Source: a virus (lineage: Duplodnaviria > Heunggongvirae > Uroviricota > Caudoviricetes). From it: a DNA stretch of 64,000 nt. Shown here in pieces: positions 8,560 through 16,810 of the stretch; positions within the stretch are counted from its first letter, which is position 1; each line of letters begins with the position of its first letter. Made by a program: the position numbers and the translations under genes. The notes under the pieces are model-generated. The model did no database searches. It was not told the DNA's origin and saw only the letters and a list, made by a program, of their open reading frames with translations. Where the stretch lies: positions 1 through 64,000 of the IMG/VR virus record IMGVR_UViG_3300035661_000046. The stretch is one strand, 5' to 3'.

Positions 8560-9760
8560 AAAATTTCTGATGTCTGCAGCGCTAGCCTGGATGGCCCGTG
8601 ACTGTGTGCACGCCCGCACTACCTACCACTCTTACCCCTGACATCTCTGAAAGAGATGAGGTTAAAGTCCAAGAGTAACTCTTGGTTTACTACTCTAATA
8701 CTTTATGTTTTGTTTTGCTTAATAAACTTAAAAAATGTGTGTACATTGCGCGCCAGGTACCCGGAGACTGGGCCTCGGTTACCGGCTGTACATCCGTCGA
8801 AGACGGAATTGAATTCCCTAGAGTAACTCCAGGTTTACTACTAATAATAAATACTTTATTAAGACTTTGAAACTTTGAATAAACTCATGAGGAGATACTA
8901 TCTCTTCAGAAGACACGTATGAAAGTCCGTAAGTTTGGTGCAGCGCAACGTAGTGTAGCGTAACCAAGACTGGAGGATTTCAGTAGTGTAGTAAAATCTC
9001 TAGAGTAACTCTAGAACTATTGCTTAAGATACTTTATTCAATAAAACTAAGTTTGACGAACTCATTGAAGGTAGGTGCCCTTCTAGATCCACATCCGGCC
9101 GGCGCCTGCAGCTGACGCTCCTCAGGACGACGGGTCCTCCAGCATAGCTGGGGGTTGATATACCTGATAGTTACTATCAGTATTTTGTTTTAATACTTCG
9201 TCATTTGAAACAAGTGAAACTAGTTGACTAAACTCGATTGAGAGACGGAAAGACATGCATTTAAATGGACCATAGTCTCGTCTCTTCGAAACCAGGGACT
9301 GGGTCATCGCCGTCTACATCCGATTCCTTTGTAAAAGGAATAGTAAAGTGTAATTGTTACAATTACGATAATCAGTGTTAAGCCCACGCAACTTAAAACT
9401 AACCTAAATACTTTAGTCGTTGAAACTCTCCACTCTTACCCGGTGGAGATTAGGTTTACTACTGGCTTTCTATTTCTCGAATGTTACTACAAGTAACCTC
9501 TTTATAAGGGGCGTAGGTATCCAAGGATAGGATGTCAACTTGACCAGTACCTGATTGTACTACACAGATACCTACTTCAGGGTATTCTACTGCTGATGCT
9601 ATTATTGATCCAGTTGCCATCGCTATCTTATCCTTTTACAAAATTAATTAAAAAAAGAGTTTAAGTATCTTACCCGATAAATCTAGGTTTGTAATCTATG
9701 TCTAGATTACAGTTAAAAAAATAAGAGTAACTCTTATCCTGTAACTTACTGCAATGTGAA
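8560..9760. repeat. ORF-poor regulatory island with four copies of the palindrome AGAGTAACTCT and GC-rich hairpin blocks
   Basis: Palindromes at 8672-8682, 8820-8830 (one mismatch), 9002-9012 and 9724-9734. Each is followed by ggtttactact or AT-rich TACTTTAT. The blocks 8580-8650, 8745-8815 and 9075-9150 are locally GC-rich in an AT-rich genome. No ORF of at least 60 aa spans most of the island. Confidence 0.6.
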
Positions 9761-9868
9761 ATACTAAGATACTGAGAAGGAACGAGAGTCTATACGCAAG
9801 CTATTAGAGAACTATAACATAGTAGTCTAATAGGACATGGTACGGAGTCGAGTTTTTCTTCTCTAAAT

Positions 9869-9879
9869 ATCTTATACCA
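9869..9879 (-). promoter_or_regulatory. extended -10 promoter motif copy
   Basis: atcttatacca at the upstream edge of the non-coding island, between the HTH gene and the island. Confidence 0.4.
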
Positions 9880-9895
9880 GGAATTTGCAAATTAT

Positions 9896-10138
9896 TTAAA
9901 CTGCAACTTTAAGACGTTGCCCCGTCAAAGTGTGCAAGGGGATTTTTGTTGCGTTTGAAATCTTTATAACGTTGTGTAAGCCTGGGTTGTAATTACTATC
10001 ACTACCTAGCTCTATACGACGAATAGTACGAGAGGATACTTTAGTCATGGACGAGAACTCTGACACTGACAAGTTATTCTTAATACGGAATCCCAGAACT
10101 TTAGTTGACATTACTTTGCGAGCTTTTTCGATCTTCAT
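9896..10138 (-). CDS. XRE-family helix-turn-helix transcriptional regulator
   Basis: LGFRIKNNLSVSEFSSMTKVSSRTIRRIELG matches the XRE/Cro-CI HTH pattern (...LSQ.ELA...GVS...IS..E.G). It is adjacent to the palindrome array. Confidence 0.6.
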   Translation of the reverse strand: MKIEKARKVMSTKVLGFRIKNNLSVSEFSSMTKVSSRTIRRIELGSDSNYNPGLHNVIKISNATKIPLHTLTGQRLKVAV

Positions 10139-10169
10139 TTTTGTTATAGTGCTTTCTAATTTACATCAT

Positions 10170-10205
10170 TGAAAAAAGAAAGGGGTTGAAATTAACCCCT
10201 TTCCA
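10170..10205 (-). terminator. rho-independent terminator (minus strand)
   Basis: Hairpin aaaggggtt gaaa ttaacccctttc followed by a T-run in the minus sense, just downstream of 10228..10908. Confidence 0.6.
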
Positions 10206-10227
10206 CGTTACAGTGAAGTGCTACGAA

Positions 10228-10908
10228 TTAAGGTTTGACTGTGAATGTCAAAGTCCCATCCTCATTGCACATCACACTTTTAAGATTAGACAAAGGCACG
10301 TGTAACACCTCTGAACCAATCTGAAACAATATAGAACCAGCCTTTACTACTGTAGGTTTTTTCACTTCAGTATTTTCAGTCTCTGGAGATGTCTTTGGCG
10401 ATTTACCACGCAGTCCAGGGACTTTAGTGTGAGCAGAAACCTTTACAGGTTTGTTCACTGGATTGCTACGAGGACCAGTGGGTTGGTTACGGCTGTAACC
10501 TTCCACCGTGATAGGAGTGCGTCCTACTGCTGACTCAGTGGCCACAATGCCTCCTACGCTATCAGCAGGGATAGTTGTCATAGGACGACGGTTAGACTGC
10601 GGCTTTAATACCTCAGATGCAGTTAATCCACATAACACACCAAATATGTCAAGCGACTTAGAAAAATACCCAACAGTCTCACCTTTCATGGCGGAGCTGA
10701 TTGAGCCCCAGCTAATATCAACTCCATTGGACCGGCGGAAACGATCCATGGGTAGTCCTGAGCTTTTCATTGCTACCAGTAGATTGTGAGCCAGGTTGCT
10801 GCGCTCAGCGCTAGTAAGCTTGATACTCTTACTACCTACTGCCGCAGCCTTCGCCGCGTTAATTAAGTTCGGTGTTACTGATGCTGCTGCTGTACTTGTT
10901 ATAGTCAT
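10228..10908 (-). CDS. hypothetical protein
   Basis: 226-aa ORF with an Ala/Ser-rich N-terminus. Promoter motif at 10964-10974. Confidence 0.5.
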   Translation of the reverse strand: MTITSTAAASVTPNLINAAKAAAVGSKSIKLTSAERSNLAHNLLVAMKSSGLPMDRFRRSNGVDISWGSISSAMKGETVGYFSKSLDIFGVLCGLTASEVLKPQSNRRPMTTIPADSVGGIVATESAVGRTPITVEGYSRNQPTGPRSNPVNKPVKVSAHTKVPGLRGKSPKTSPETENTEVKKPTVVKAGSILFQIGSEVLHVPLSNLKSVMCNEDGTLTFTVKP

Positions 10909-10963
10909 GAGGATACTCCATAAGAAAGTTAAAGTTATAAGTAAAGATATGTTCTCTACATAA

Positions 10964-10974
10964 TTCTTATACCA
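10964..10974 (-). promoter_or_regulatory. extended -10 promoter motif copy
   Basis: ttcttatacca about 55 nt upstream of the 10908 start. Confidence 0.5.
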
Positions 10975-10995
10975 CAGTATAGGTAGATTTATGAA

Positions 10996-11274
10996 CTACC
11001 AAGTATCAATAGTATTTGGGCTAGGGACTCTTCTAATCATTCCATTTCTAAGTCTGACCTCATGATCTATCCCTACCTCATCTGCTAGAATAAGGCTACA
11101 TTCTATTTCTATCAAATCTCTCGATATAGTAGACACGGAGATGAGTACATCAGCTATAGCAGCGGCTATCCTCTCTCTCACTCTTTGCTTAGCCATTAAT
11201 ATTATCCTATCTCTTTCTGCAAGAGGCAGATGGAACAAGTCAATTCGCTCTTTTATTTCAAATCTTTCTATCAT
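10996..11274 (-). CDS. hypothetical protein
   Basis: 92-aa ORF. Confidence 0.4.
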   Translation of the reverse strand: MIERFEIKERIDLFHLPLAERDRIILMAKQRVRERIAAAIADVLISVSTISRDLIEIECSLILADEVGIDHEVRLRNGMIRRVPSPNTIDTW

Positions 11275-11392
11275 ATACGTTTTCCCTAAGTCTCATATTC
11301 TAACCCCGTTAGCTGCTGCAAATCCCAGTACTATAAACCCAATAGCCCCTACTATTACTAAGGCTGCGACAATAATCTCTGCGATTACATCC

Positions 11393-11575
11393 TTACTCAG
11401 TCGTTTTTTCAGCATTTAAAATCCTCTTCTTTCTTATACTCTTACGTTTTACTTCTACCTTCTCAATAAGAATAACTCCTGCTATAAATACCCAGGAGAG
11501 TACTAGCACCCCTATTACGAAAATAATAGGTGCCAGTACATACCAGGTGAACCATACTGCAAGTACTGTCAGCAT
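11393..11575 (-). CDS. small membrane protein
   Basis: 60 aa, almost entirely hydrophobic (two TM helices). Confidence 0.4.
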   Translation of the reverse strand: MLTVLAVWFTWYVLAPIIFVIGVLVLSWVFIAGVILIEKVEVKRKSIRKKRILNAEKTTE

Positions 11576-11585
11576 ACCTTTCCTT

Positions 11586-11876
11586 TTAATTAGTCAATTC
11601 AGATAAAGGCTCAATAAAATGACGGCACTTTTTAGAGTTGTTAGTCTGTAGACTTGTAGCTAATACAGGCTCTCCTCCCATCTCTAATAGGGATATTTTA
11701 CCTCTCCAAGATTGAGTTACTGGACTCATTTCACTCTGTATTAGAGTTACAAACTTTTTCATCTGAATCGACGTTTCCTCTGACGTTCCTGATATAATCT
11801 TCAACTCTACCCTGGTTGGAGTGATAGTTAATCTATTCCGTACGCCGGAAGTCTCTACCATAGTTATTTCATTCAT
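11586..11876 (-). CDS. hypothetical protein
   Basis: 96-aa ORF. Confidence 0.4.
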   Translation of the reverse strand: MNEITMVETSGVRNRLTITPTRVELKIISGTSEETSIQMKKFVTLIQSEMSPVTQSWRGKISLLEMGGEPVLATSLQTNNSKKCRHFIEPLSELTN

Positions 11877-12080
11877 TTTACATCACCTTATAAAGAACCA
11901 TACATGTTATCATTCCGATAGCTAATCCTATTCCTAGGTTAGTCAAACCGGTACCTATACTATCTAAACCTTCAACTATTCCCATAGCTATGCTATCTGC
12001 TGAGTAAGTTATGTGGTCTTCTATAACTTCAGTCTCTCTGTCGTCCAATTTACGTTCCTTTAATTAGTTAATAAAAATAA

Positions 12081-12213
12081 GCCTCTGAGTTGGCCTAGCA
12101 AAATAAATGAGTAAGAATGTACCTATTGGTCTTCTAGCGCAAAGAAGTCCATACTTCCCCGCCTGCCCGTCTCGCATCGGTACTCATTTATAGTACTAGG
12201 CCAACTCAGAGGC
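12081..12213. repeat. long inverted repeat (18-bp perfect arms extending to ~33 bp) enclosing a 67-nt GC-rich loop; candidate structured RNA or miniature mobile element
   Basis: gcctctgagttggcctag at 12081-12098 and its exact reverse complement ctaggccaactcagaggc at 12196-12213. The match extends through taaatgagta/tactcattta. The enclosed loop ccccgcctgcccgtctcgcatcgg is GC-rich, unlike the flanks. Confidence 0.6.
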
Positions 12214-12226
12214 CTACCGTATCATA

Positions 12227-12772
12227 CTATAAATACAGAGAAATAGTATCTTGCCAGTTTTCCCAATTACGTATTCTGTCAAACCCAGTCTCTTTAATAT
12301 TATGAGGCTGGTCATACAGTAAGGGTATCCAGTGTGGCGTCATAGCGCCTTTTTGGATGTTATCATCTATAAGAACTGAGCCTCTAACTAAAGTTTTATC
12401 TCTGGCGATAACCACTCTATCTACCCATTCTTTCCCTAGATACTTTTCTACCCACATCAATTTCTCCATTGCACAAGAAGTAGAGCCATACAAAGGAGCA
12501 GTACAAATAATAGGATTTAGTCCCATTTTCAACATCTCTTTTAATGCTGAAAGTCCAGCCTCAACAGGAGGTATAGTGCTAAAGAAATCAGGAGTGTACA
12601 TGATTCTTCTGATTTGAGCACTTACATCAGGAGGGTAGTCGTCTTCCACGTTTCGGCTTATTCTATTCTCAGGAGTAACAACTAAATCCTTATTCATAAC
12701 TTTCAGACTCATGTTGTAAAAGTGCTCCTCAAAGTTTGCCAAAGGACCGTCCATATCCACTAATATTGCCAT
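12227..12772 (-). CDS. 5'(3')-deoxyribonucleotidase (HAD superfamily, NT5C-like)
   Basis: N-terminus MAILVDMDGPLANFEEHF matches the NT5C/dNMP nucleotidase DxDGxLxDF motif I. Size (181 aa) fits. Confidence 0.7.
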   Translation of the reverse strand: MAILVDMDGPLANFEEHFYNMSLKVMNKDLVVTPENRISRNVEDDYPPDVSAQIRRIMYTPDFFSTIPPVEAGLSALKEMLKMGLNPIICTAPLYGSTSCAMEKLMWVEKYLGKEWVDRVVIARDKTLVRGSVLIDDNIQKGAMTPHWIPLLYDQPHNIKETGFDRIRNWENWQDTISLYL

Positions 12773-12773
12773 G

Positions 12774-13094
12774 CTATTCCTCTAATAAGTAAGTGTCTTG
12801 GATTAACTCTACTGCGACGCTATCATCTGAGCAGTAAAATAAAGTGGGGAAAATATCCAGAGGAAATTTCTCATTCATAAAGGCTTGACCAAAACGCAGG
12901 TGCCTGTATCTGGCAAACTTAGATACGCTAGTTGCCATTATATACTCTAAACAAAAATCATCGAATTCACTTTGAGTAATCCGCTTTTTAGATTTGGCCG
13001 TAAAGGATCCGTCTCCATTATCCACTATTTCGAATAGATCCGGAGAGTACTTCTCTAATAAATTTGAGTCCAATGGATGATACATTTTTGCCAC
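12774..13094 (-). CDS. hypothetical protein
   Basis: 106-aa ORF; promoter motif at 13129-13139. Confidence 0.45.
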   Translation of the reverse strand: MAKMYHPLDSNLLEKYSPDLFEIVDNGDGSFTAKSKKRITQSEFDDFCLEYIMATSVSKFARYRHLRFGQAFMNEKFPLDIFPTLFYCSDDSVAVELIQDTYLLEE

Positions 13095-13128
13095 CTCCTG
13101 AAATAAAAATAAAGTATTCTTTGTACTA

Positions 13129-13139
13129 TTCTTATACCA
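13129..13139 (-). promoter_or_regulatory. extended -10 promoter motif copy
   Basis: ttcttatacca about 35 nt upstream of the 13094 start. Confidence 0.5.
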
Positions 13140-13163
13140 GATAAGTGTGGGTTTTAGGAAAAG

Positions 13164-13198
13164 GTAAAAAAAGAAGCCTGCTATTACACAGGCTTCAG
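13164..13198 (-). terminator. rho-independent terminator (minus strand)
   Basis: Hairpin gaagcctg ctattaca caggcttc plus a T-run, immediately downstream of 13205..14002. Confidence 0.65.
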
Positions 13199-13204
13199 AA
13201 CTAC

Positions 13205-14002
13205 TTATTTATCAATGCCTTTAAACAACTGAGGTACTGCGCCATAAGTTGGTAGGGCACCATCCCATTTCTCAATGAACTTCAATTGAATATACTCACT
13301 GCCACCTTGCTTCTGGATAGCTTCAGCTTGTACTTTAATTACTTCGGCCTGGGCCTTAGCTGTAGCTATTGCCTGTTCACCACGAATAGTGATAGCCTGA
13401 AGGTTGTTCTGCTCAGTTAGGGCATTCTGCTCGGCAGTAACCTTACGTTCAATAGCTTGATTATAGGTGGGAGAGAATTGGAAGTTAGTAACCGCGATAT
13501 CATTAACAGATACGTAGTGGGTCTTAAGTTTAACCCGCATTAAAGCGATAATCTCTGTACGTACTATTTCCCGCTTGGTAATGAGTTCCTCTGCAGTATA
13601 CTTAGCTGTAACAGATTTCATAACTTCTTCAATAGAGGGTTTGATCGCCTTCTCTTCTAACGTCTCCATATCGCGGTAATTACGATACACTTCTGGAGCA
13701 TCTACAGCATCAACTGAGTAGATAACAGCCATACTGGAACTAACCATTTGTAAATCCTTAGTGCTAGCATCTAGGTTAGTAGCCGTATAGGTTACTGTTT
13801 TAGTATTGACCTCATGATCTTGATCAAAGAATGGGATCTTAAAATGAGCGCCTTCGGAGTAAATACCGGGCTCTACTGCACCCATTCTCGTTAGCACACC
13901 AGTCTGTCCAGCAGAAACAGTAAAGAAAGAACCCATTAATATTGTAACAGCTAATAAGGCTGCCATGATGGTACCGATTAAGACAATAGTGCTTTTATTC
14001 AT
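13205..14002 (-). CDS. SPFH/band-7 (prohibitin/HflC-like) membrane protein
   Basis: N-terminal TM segment (IVLIGTIMAALLAVTILMGSFF), a central SPFH-like region and a C-terminal Ala/Gln-rich coiled-coil (AEQNALTEQNNLQAI...AKAQAEVIKVQAEAIQKQ). Confidence 0.6.
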   Translation of the reverse strand: MNKSTIVLIGTIMAALLAVTILMGSFFTVSAGQTGVLTRMGAVEPGIYSEGAHFKIPFFDQDHEVNTKTVTYTATNLDASTKDLQMVSSSMAVIYSVDAVDAPEVYRNYRDMETLEEKAIKPSIEEVMKSVTAKYTAEELITKREIVRTEIIALMRVKLKTHYVSVNDIAVTNFQFSPTYNQAIERKVTAEQNALTEQNNLQAITIRGEQAIATAKAQAEVIKVQAEAIQKQGGSEYIQLKFIEKWDGALPTYGAVPQLFKGIDK

Positions 14003-14030
14003 ATAAACCTCTTTAAAAAATTAAACTACA

Positions 14031-14085
14031 AAAACCACCAATGAAATATAGTGCCATCGGTAGGTAAACCTGCTTCCTTAAGAAC
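14031..14085 (-). promoter_or_regulatory. ~45-bp conserved upstream element (copy 1), shared with the element at 16766..16810
   Basis: Minus-sense ...AGGTTTACCtACcGATGGcAC...CATTGGT... lies 30-85 nt upstream of the SPFH gene start. A near-identical block precedes 16124..16747. Confidence 0.4.
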
Positions 14086-14168
14086 CACTTTTAAAAGCAC
14101 TATGATACACTATTACTATATTCATGTATGCACTATGATGCTTTATTCTAATTACTCATGCTTTAGGA

Positions 14169-14384
14169 TTAGGTTTCGTACAGATCCCATGCGTTATCAT
14201 GCAATACTTTAGCGAACTCACTACCCAATGACTCTTGTTTAATATTAAAATTAAGCTTATGAGATAACGCAATTTTCTGGGCATTTGTACCAGAATATCC
14301 GCTATGCATATCAACTTCAGTCATTACCGAGCCATCTGGCATGTCGTAGAACTTAACTGTTGCGGACGGTTGTTTGTCGGTCAT
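14169..14384 (-). CDS. hypothetical protein
   Basis: 71-aa ORF. Confidence 0.4.
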   Translation of the reverse strand: MTDKQPSATVKFYDMPDGSVMTEVDMHSGYSGTNAQKIALSHKLNFNIKQESLGSEFAKVLHDNAWDLYET

Positions 14385-14423
14385 ATCTTACCTTTCGTTT
14401 ATAACAAACTTTAGTTTTAAAGG

Positions 14424-14663
14424 TTATTTATTATCTTTTGCATAATATTCCCTATATTGTGTTCTTGTACCTTTGAAAGTAACCGAGCCTTTACCGCATT
14501 TAAGACAGGATCTTATAAGAGTATGCGTAAAAGGAGGCTCTCCGAATACTAAGGAGTTTTTCCAAAGGTGATGACAAAATATTTGTCGTATAAATCTTTG
14601 TGCGGGTTTAAAGTTCATATGACATGGACTCCTTATGATCAACTGGCACGAGTTGCCATCCAT
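14424..14663 (-). CDS. hypothetical Cys/His-rich small protein
   Basis: 79 aa; overlaps the next ORF by 56 nt, so one of the two may be mis-called. Confidence 0.3.
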   Translation of the reverse strand: MDGNSCQLIIRSPCHMNFKPAQRFIRQIFCHHLWKNSLVFGEPPFTHTLIRSCLKCGKGSVTFKGTRTQYREYYAKDNK

Positions 14664-14805
14664 CAGGCACTTTCATCCCATCCTCAATCATAGTGCGGAG
14701 TTTAGCCTCAGCACCCTCTAACTTTCCAGAAATAACGCTGAATGGGTCTATTCTCAAGTCACCACATAAGCGGTACTGCGCCATAATTTCATCTATCTTA
14801 GTCAT
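14608..14805 (-). CDS. hypothetical protein
   Basis: 65-aa ORF. Confidence 0.35.
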   Translation of the reverse strand: MTKIDEIMAQYRLCGDLRIDPFSVISGKLEGAEAKLRTMIEDGMKVPDGWQLVPVDHKESMSYEL

Positions 14806-15029
14806 GATTTACCTTTCATCTCAGCATTCTCATCATCTTCTTCTAGCATCTTCTTAAAAAGATTATCGTAGTGCTCATAACATTCATGCTTGCTACATAG
14901 TCGAACACATGTCCGTCCATACCATCTTGTAGATGGCTGTTCCCCACACTTATCACAGGGTATTTCTATGTAAACAACTGAATCCCTATTGTCCATTGAT
15001 ATTACACACACCTTTCCTTTTATCCTCAA
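14802..15029 (-). CDS. small zinc-ribbon protein
   Basis: CDKCGEQ...C..LCSKHEC Cys-cluster. Confidence 0.4.
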   Translation of the reverse strand: MRIKGKVCVISMDNRDSVVYIEIPCDKCGEQPSTRWYGRTCVRLCSKHECYEHYDNLFKKMLEEDDENAEMKGKS

Positions 15030-15528
15030 GCCACAACTCTATTGCATTAGCGAACTCTTCGCCGGTAGCAGGTATATCGTTACGCTGTATACGCACCCAC
15101 GCAATCAGCTCAGCTGGTATCTCTTGTGCTGTCTTTTGTTCGGGTGCAAATTTTCTCACTTTTTCAATCATAACCTTTACTTCATACTCATATTTCAGAT
15201 ACCGTTCTCCCCAAGGTTCAGGAGGATGTCCTTCCCATACAAGCTCACTGCATGAATCTTCACCGCATTCCTCTTCGCATAAAGTCCAAGCTAATACTTC
15301 CCAATCACCATACATAAAAGACTGCTCTTCAGATTCCTCTTTATGCAGCCGCGCAATCTTGGATTTAAGCTCTTTGTTATCTGCTTCAAGCTCTTTGTTG
15401 CGCTTCACTATTGGTTCAACATCTTCGTACATACATAACTGCCCGACTGAGTGTTCAGTAAATACAATACGAGGCTTACCTAAATTTAATTGCATGTCAG
15501 ATGGAAAATATCTTGTAATCTCACTCAT
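14986..15528 (-). CDS. hypothetical acidic protein
   Basis: 180-aa Glu/Trp-rich ORF. Confidence 0.5.
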   Translation of the reverse strand: MSEITRYFPSDMQLNLGKPRIVFTEHSVGQLCMYEDVEPIVKRNKELEADNKELKSKIARLHKEESEEQSFMYGDWEVLAWTLCEEECGEDSCSELVWEGHPPEPWGERYLKYEYEVKVMIEKVRKFAPEQKTAQEIPAELIAWVRIQRNDIPATGEEFANAIELWLEDKRKGVCNINGQ

Positions 15529-16127
15529 AAGAAATACCCGTCCAATACCTTGCCAGTTAGTCTGTAGGCATAAATATGATTAGGCCACCATGAATACGAG
15601 CTTGCACTTTCTTTACCAACCATTACTTGCCCAGGTTCATCTTGAATCAGGTACTCGAACTCCAGCCCGTCAGGTAAGGGGCAATCGCCACCTAGCCATA
15701 TAGTCCACGGCTGGTTGGGTGTAATCCGCACGTTACTTGGGTTAATTGTGAATACGTCTGAGTTGCTGTCCGCAGTTTTCGAGGTCGTACCACCTTGGTA
15801 ATAATGCACCATTCCACTGCTAAACGAGCTGAAATAGCGGTCATCGTTTCCTGAGCAAAGACCAAGTGTAATAAGGGTGTCAACTGGTAGCTTAGTCCAG
15901 TTAATCTGCTTCGCCACTGACTTCATTCGTAGATTGTGGATGTGTGCACGGTTAGTGGGAGAGCGCCCCTTCGCACTATAAGTATAGATATATCTCCCTA
16001 TTTGCACCACAACCTGATGGGCGTGCGTGGCAGTAGATCTATATGCAACAAACTCTACTGGGGTTCCGGCTTCTGTCTCAATCGGTTCGCCAGCTATGGC
16101 TCGTTGTAAATCAAATTGGTTGTTCAT
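15525..16127 (-). CDS. hypothetical protein, tandem paralog B
   Basis: Shares N-terminus LQRAIAGEPIETEAGTPVEFVAYRSTA and C-terminus IYAYRLTGKVLDGYFL with the upstream gene. Confidence 0.55.
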   Translation of the reverse strand: MNNQFDLQRAIAGEPIETEAGTPVEFVAYRSTATHAHQVVVQIGRYIYTYSAKGRSPTNRAHIHNLRMKSVAKQINWTKLPVDTLITLGLCSGNDDRYFSSFSSGMVHYYQGGTTSKTADSNSDVFTINPSNVRITPNQPWTIWLGGDCPLPDGLEFEYLIQDEPGQVMVGKESASSYSWWPNHIYAYRLTGKVLDGYFL

Positions 16128-16747
16128 AATTTATACCCTTCAAGTAATTTTCCAGTTAGTCTGTACGCGTAAATAATATGATGAGTCCATAATAACCCTC
16201 TTGCGTTTTCTTTACACGTTATTTTTCGTCCTATTTCATTGTTAGCTATATATTCAAACTCCAGCCCATCAGGAATAGGACATTCACCACCTAACCACAC
16301 TGTCCACGGCTGCTCTGTAGAGATAGTAACATCAGCTATAGGTATCGATACTGTATCACAGCACGTGTATGAAGTGCCCCCATCCATAAATACGTTGATC
16401 AATATCTCTGGAACATTAACATTTATAGAGCTAAAAGCAAATTTTCCGCTATATTTAGTATCCAAAATCGTATCAACTGGCATCTTCGACCAATCAACTT
16501 GCTTCACCACTGACTTCATGTGAAGGTCAAAATAACAATTGGTAGCTCGACTAGGGTACCTTCCGTTTGCAGGATACATCAATATATCAGTTCCCACTTG
16601 TATGATTAGCTGCTTACCCGCCTCCGCAGTAGGTCGATAGGCAACAAACTCAACAGGTGTTCCAGCTACAGTTTCAATCGGTTCGCCGGCTATGGCTCGT
16701 ATTAAATCAAATTCATTATTCATTTGAAACCTCCTTAAAATTACCAA
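16124..16747 (-). CDS. hypothetical protein, tandem paralog A
   Basis: LIRAIAGEPIETVAGTPVEFVAYRPTA ... WTVWLGGECPIPDGLEFEY ... IYAYRLTGKLLEGYKL. Strong SD (AAGGAGGT) and the shared upstream element. Confidence 0.55.
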   Translation of the reverse strand: MVILRRFQMNNEFDLIRAIAGEPIETVAGTPVEFVAYRPTAEAGKQLIIQVGTDILMYPANGRYPSRATNCYFDLHMKSVVKQVDWSKMPVDTILDTKYSGKFAFSSINVNVPEILINVFMDGGTSYTCCDTVSIPIADVTISTEQPWTVWLGGECPIPDGLEFEYIANNEIGRKITCKENARGLLWTHHIIYAYRLTGKLLEGYKL

Positions 16748-16765
16748 TGGACTACTGTACCATCA

Positions 16766-16810
16766 GTGGGTAAACCTACTTATTTAAACACACCTCAATA
16801 CTCTTCATCG
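16766..16810 (-). promoter_or_regulatory. ~45-bp conserved upstream element (copy 2)
   Basis: accaatggactactgtaccatcagtgggtaaacctactt, homologous to 14031..14085. Confidence 0.4.

Noticed and set aside
14933-15583. + strand 216-aa ORF (and 14989..15255)
   Set aside because: Antisense to well-formed minus-strand genes 14986..15528 and 14802..15029. Ser/Cys-rich junk composition.
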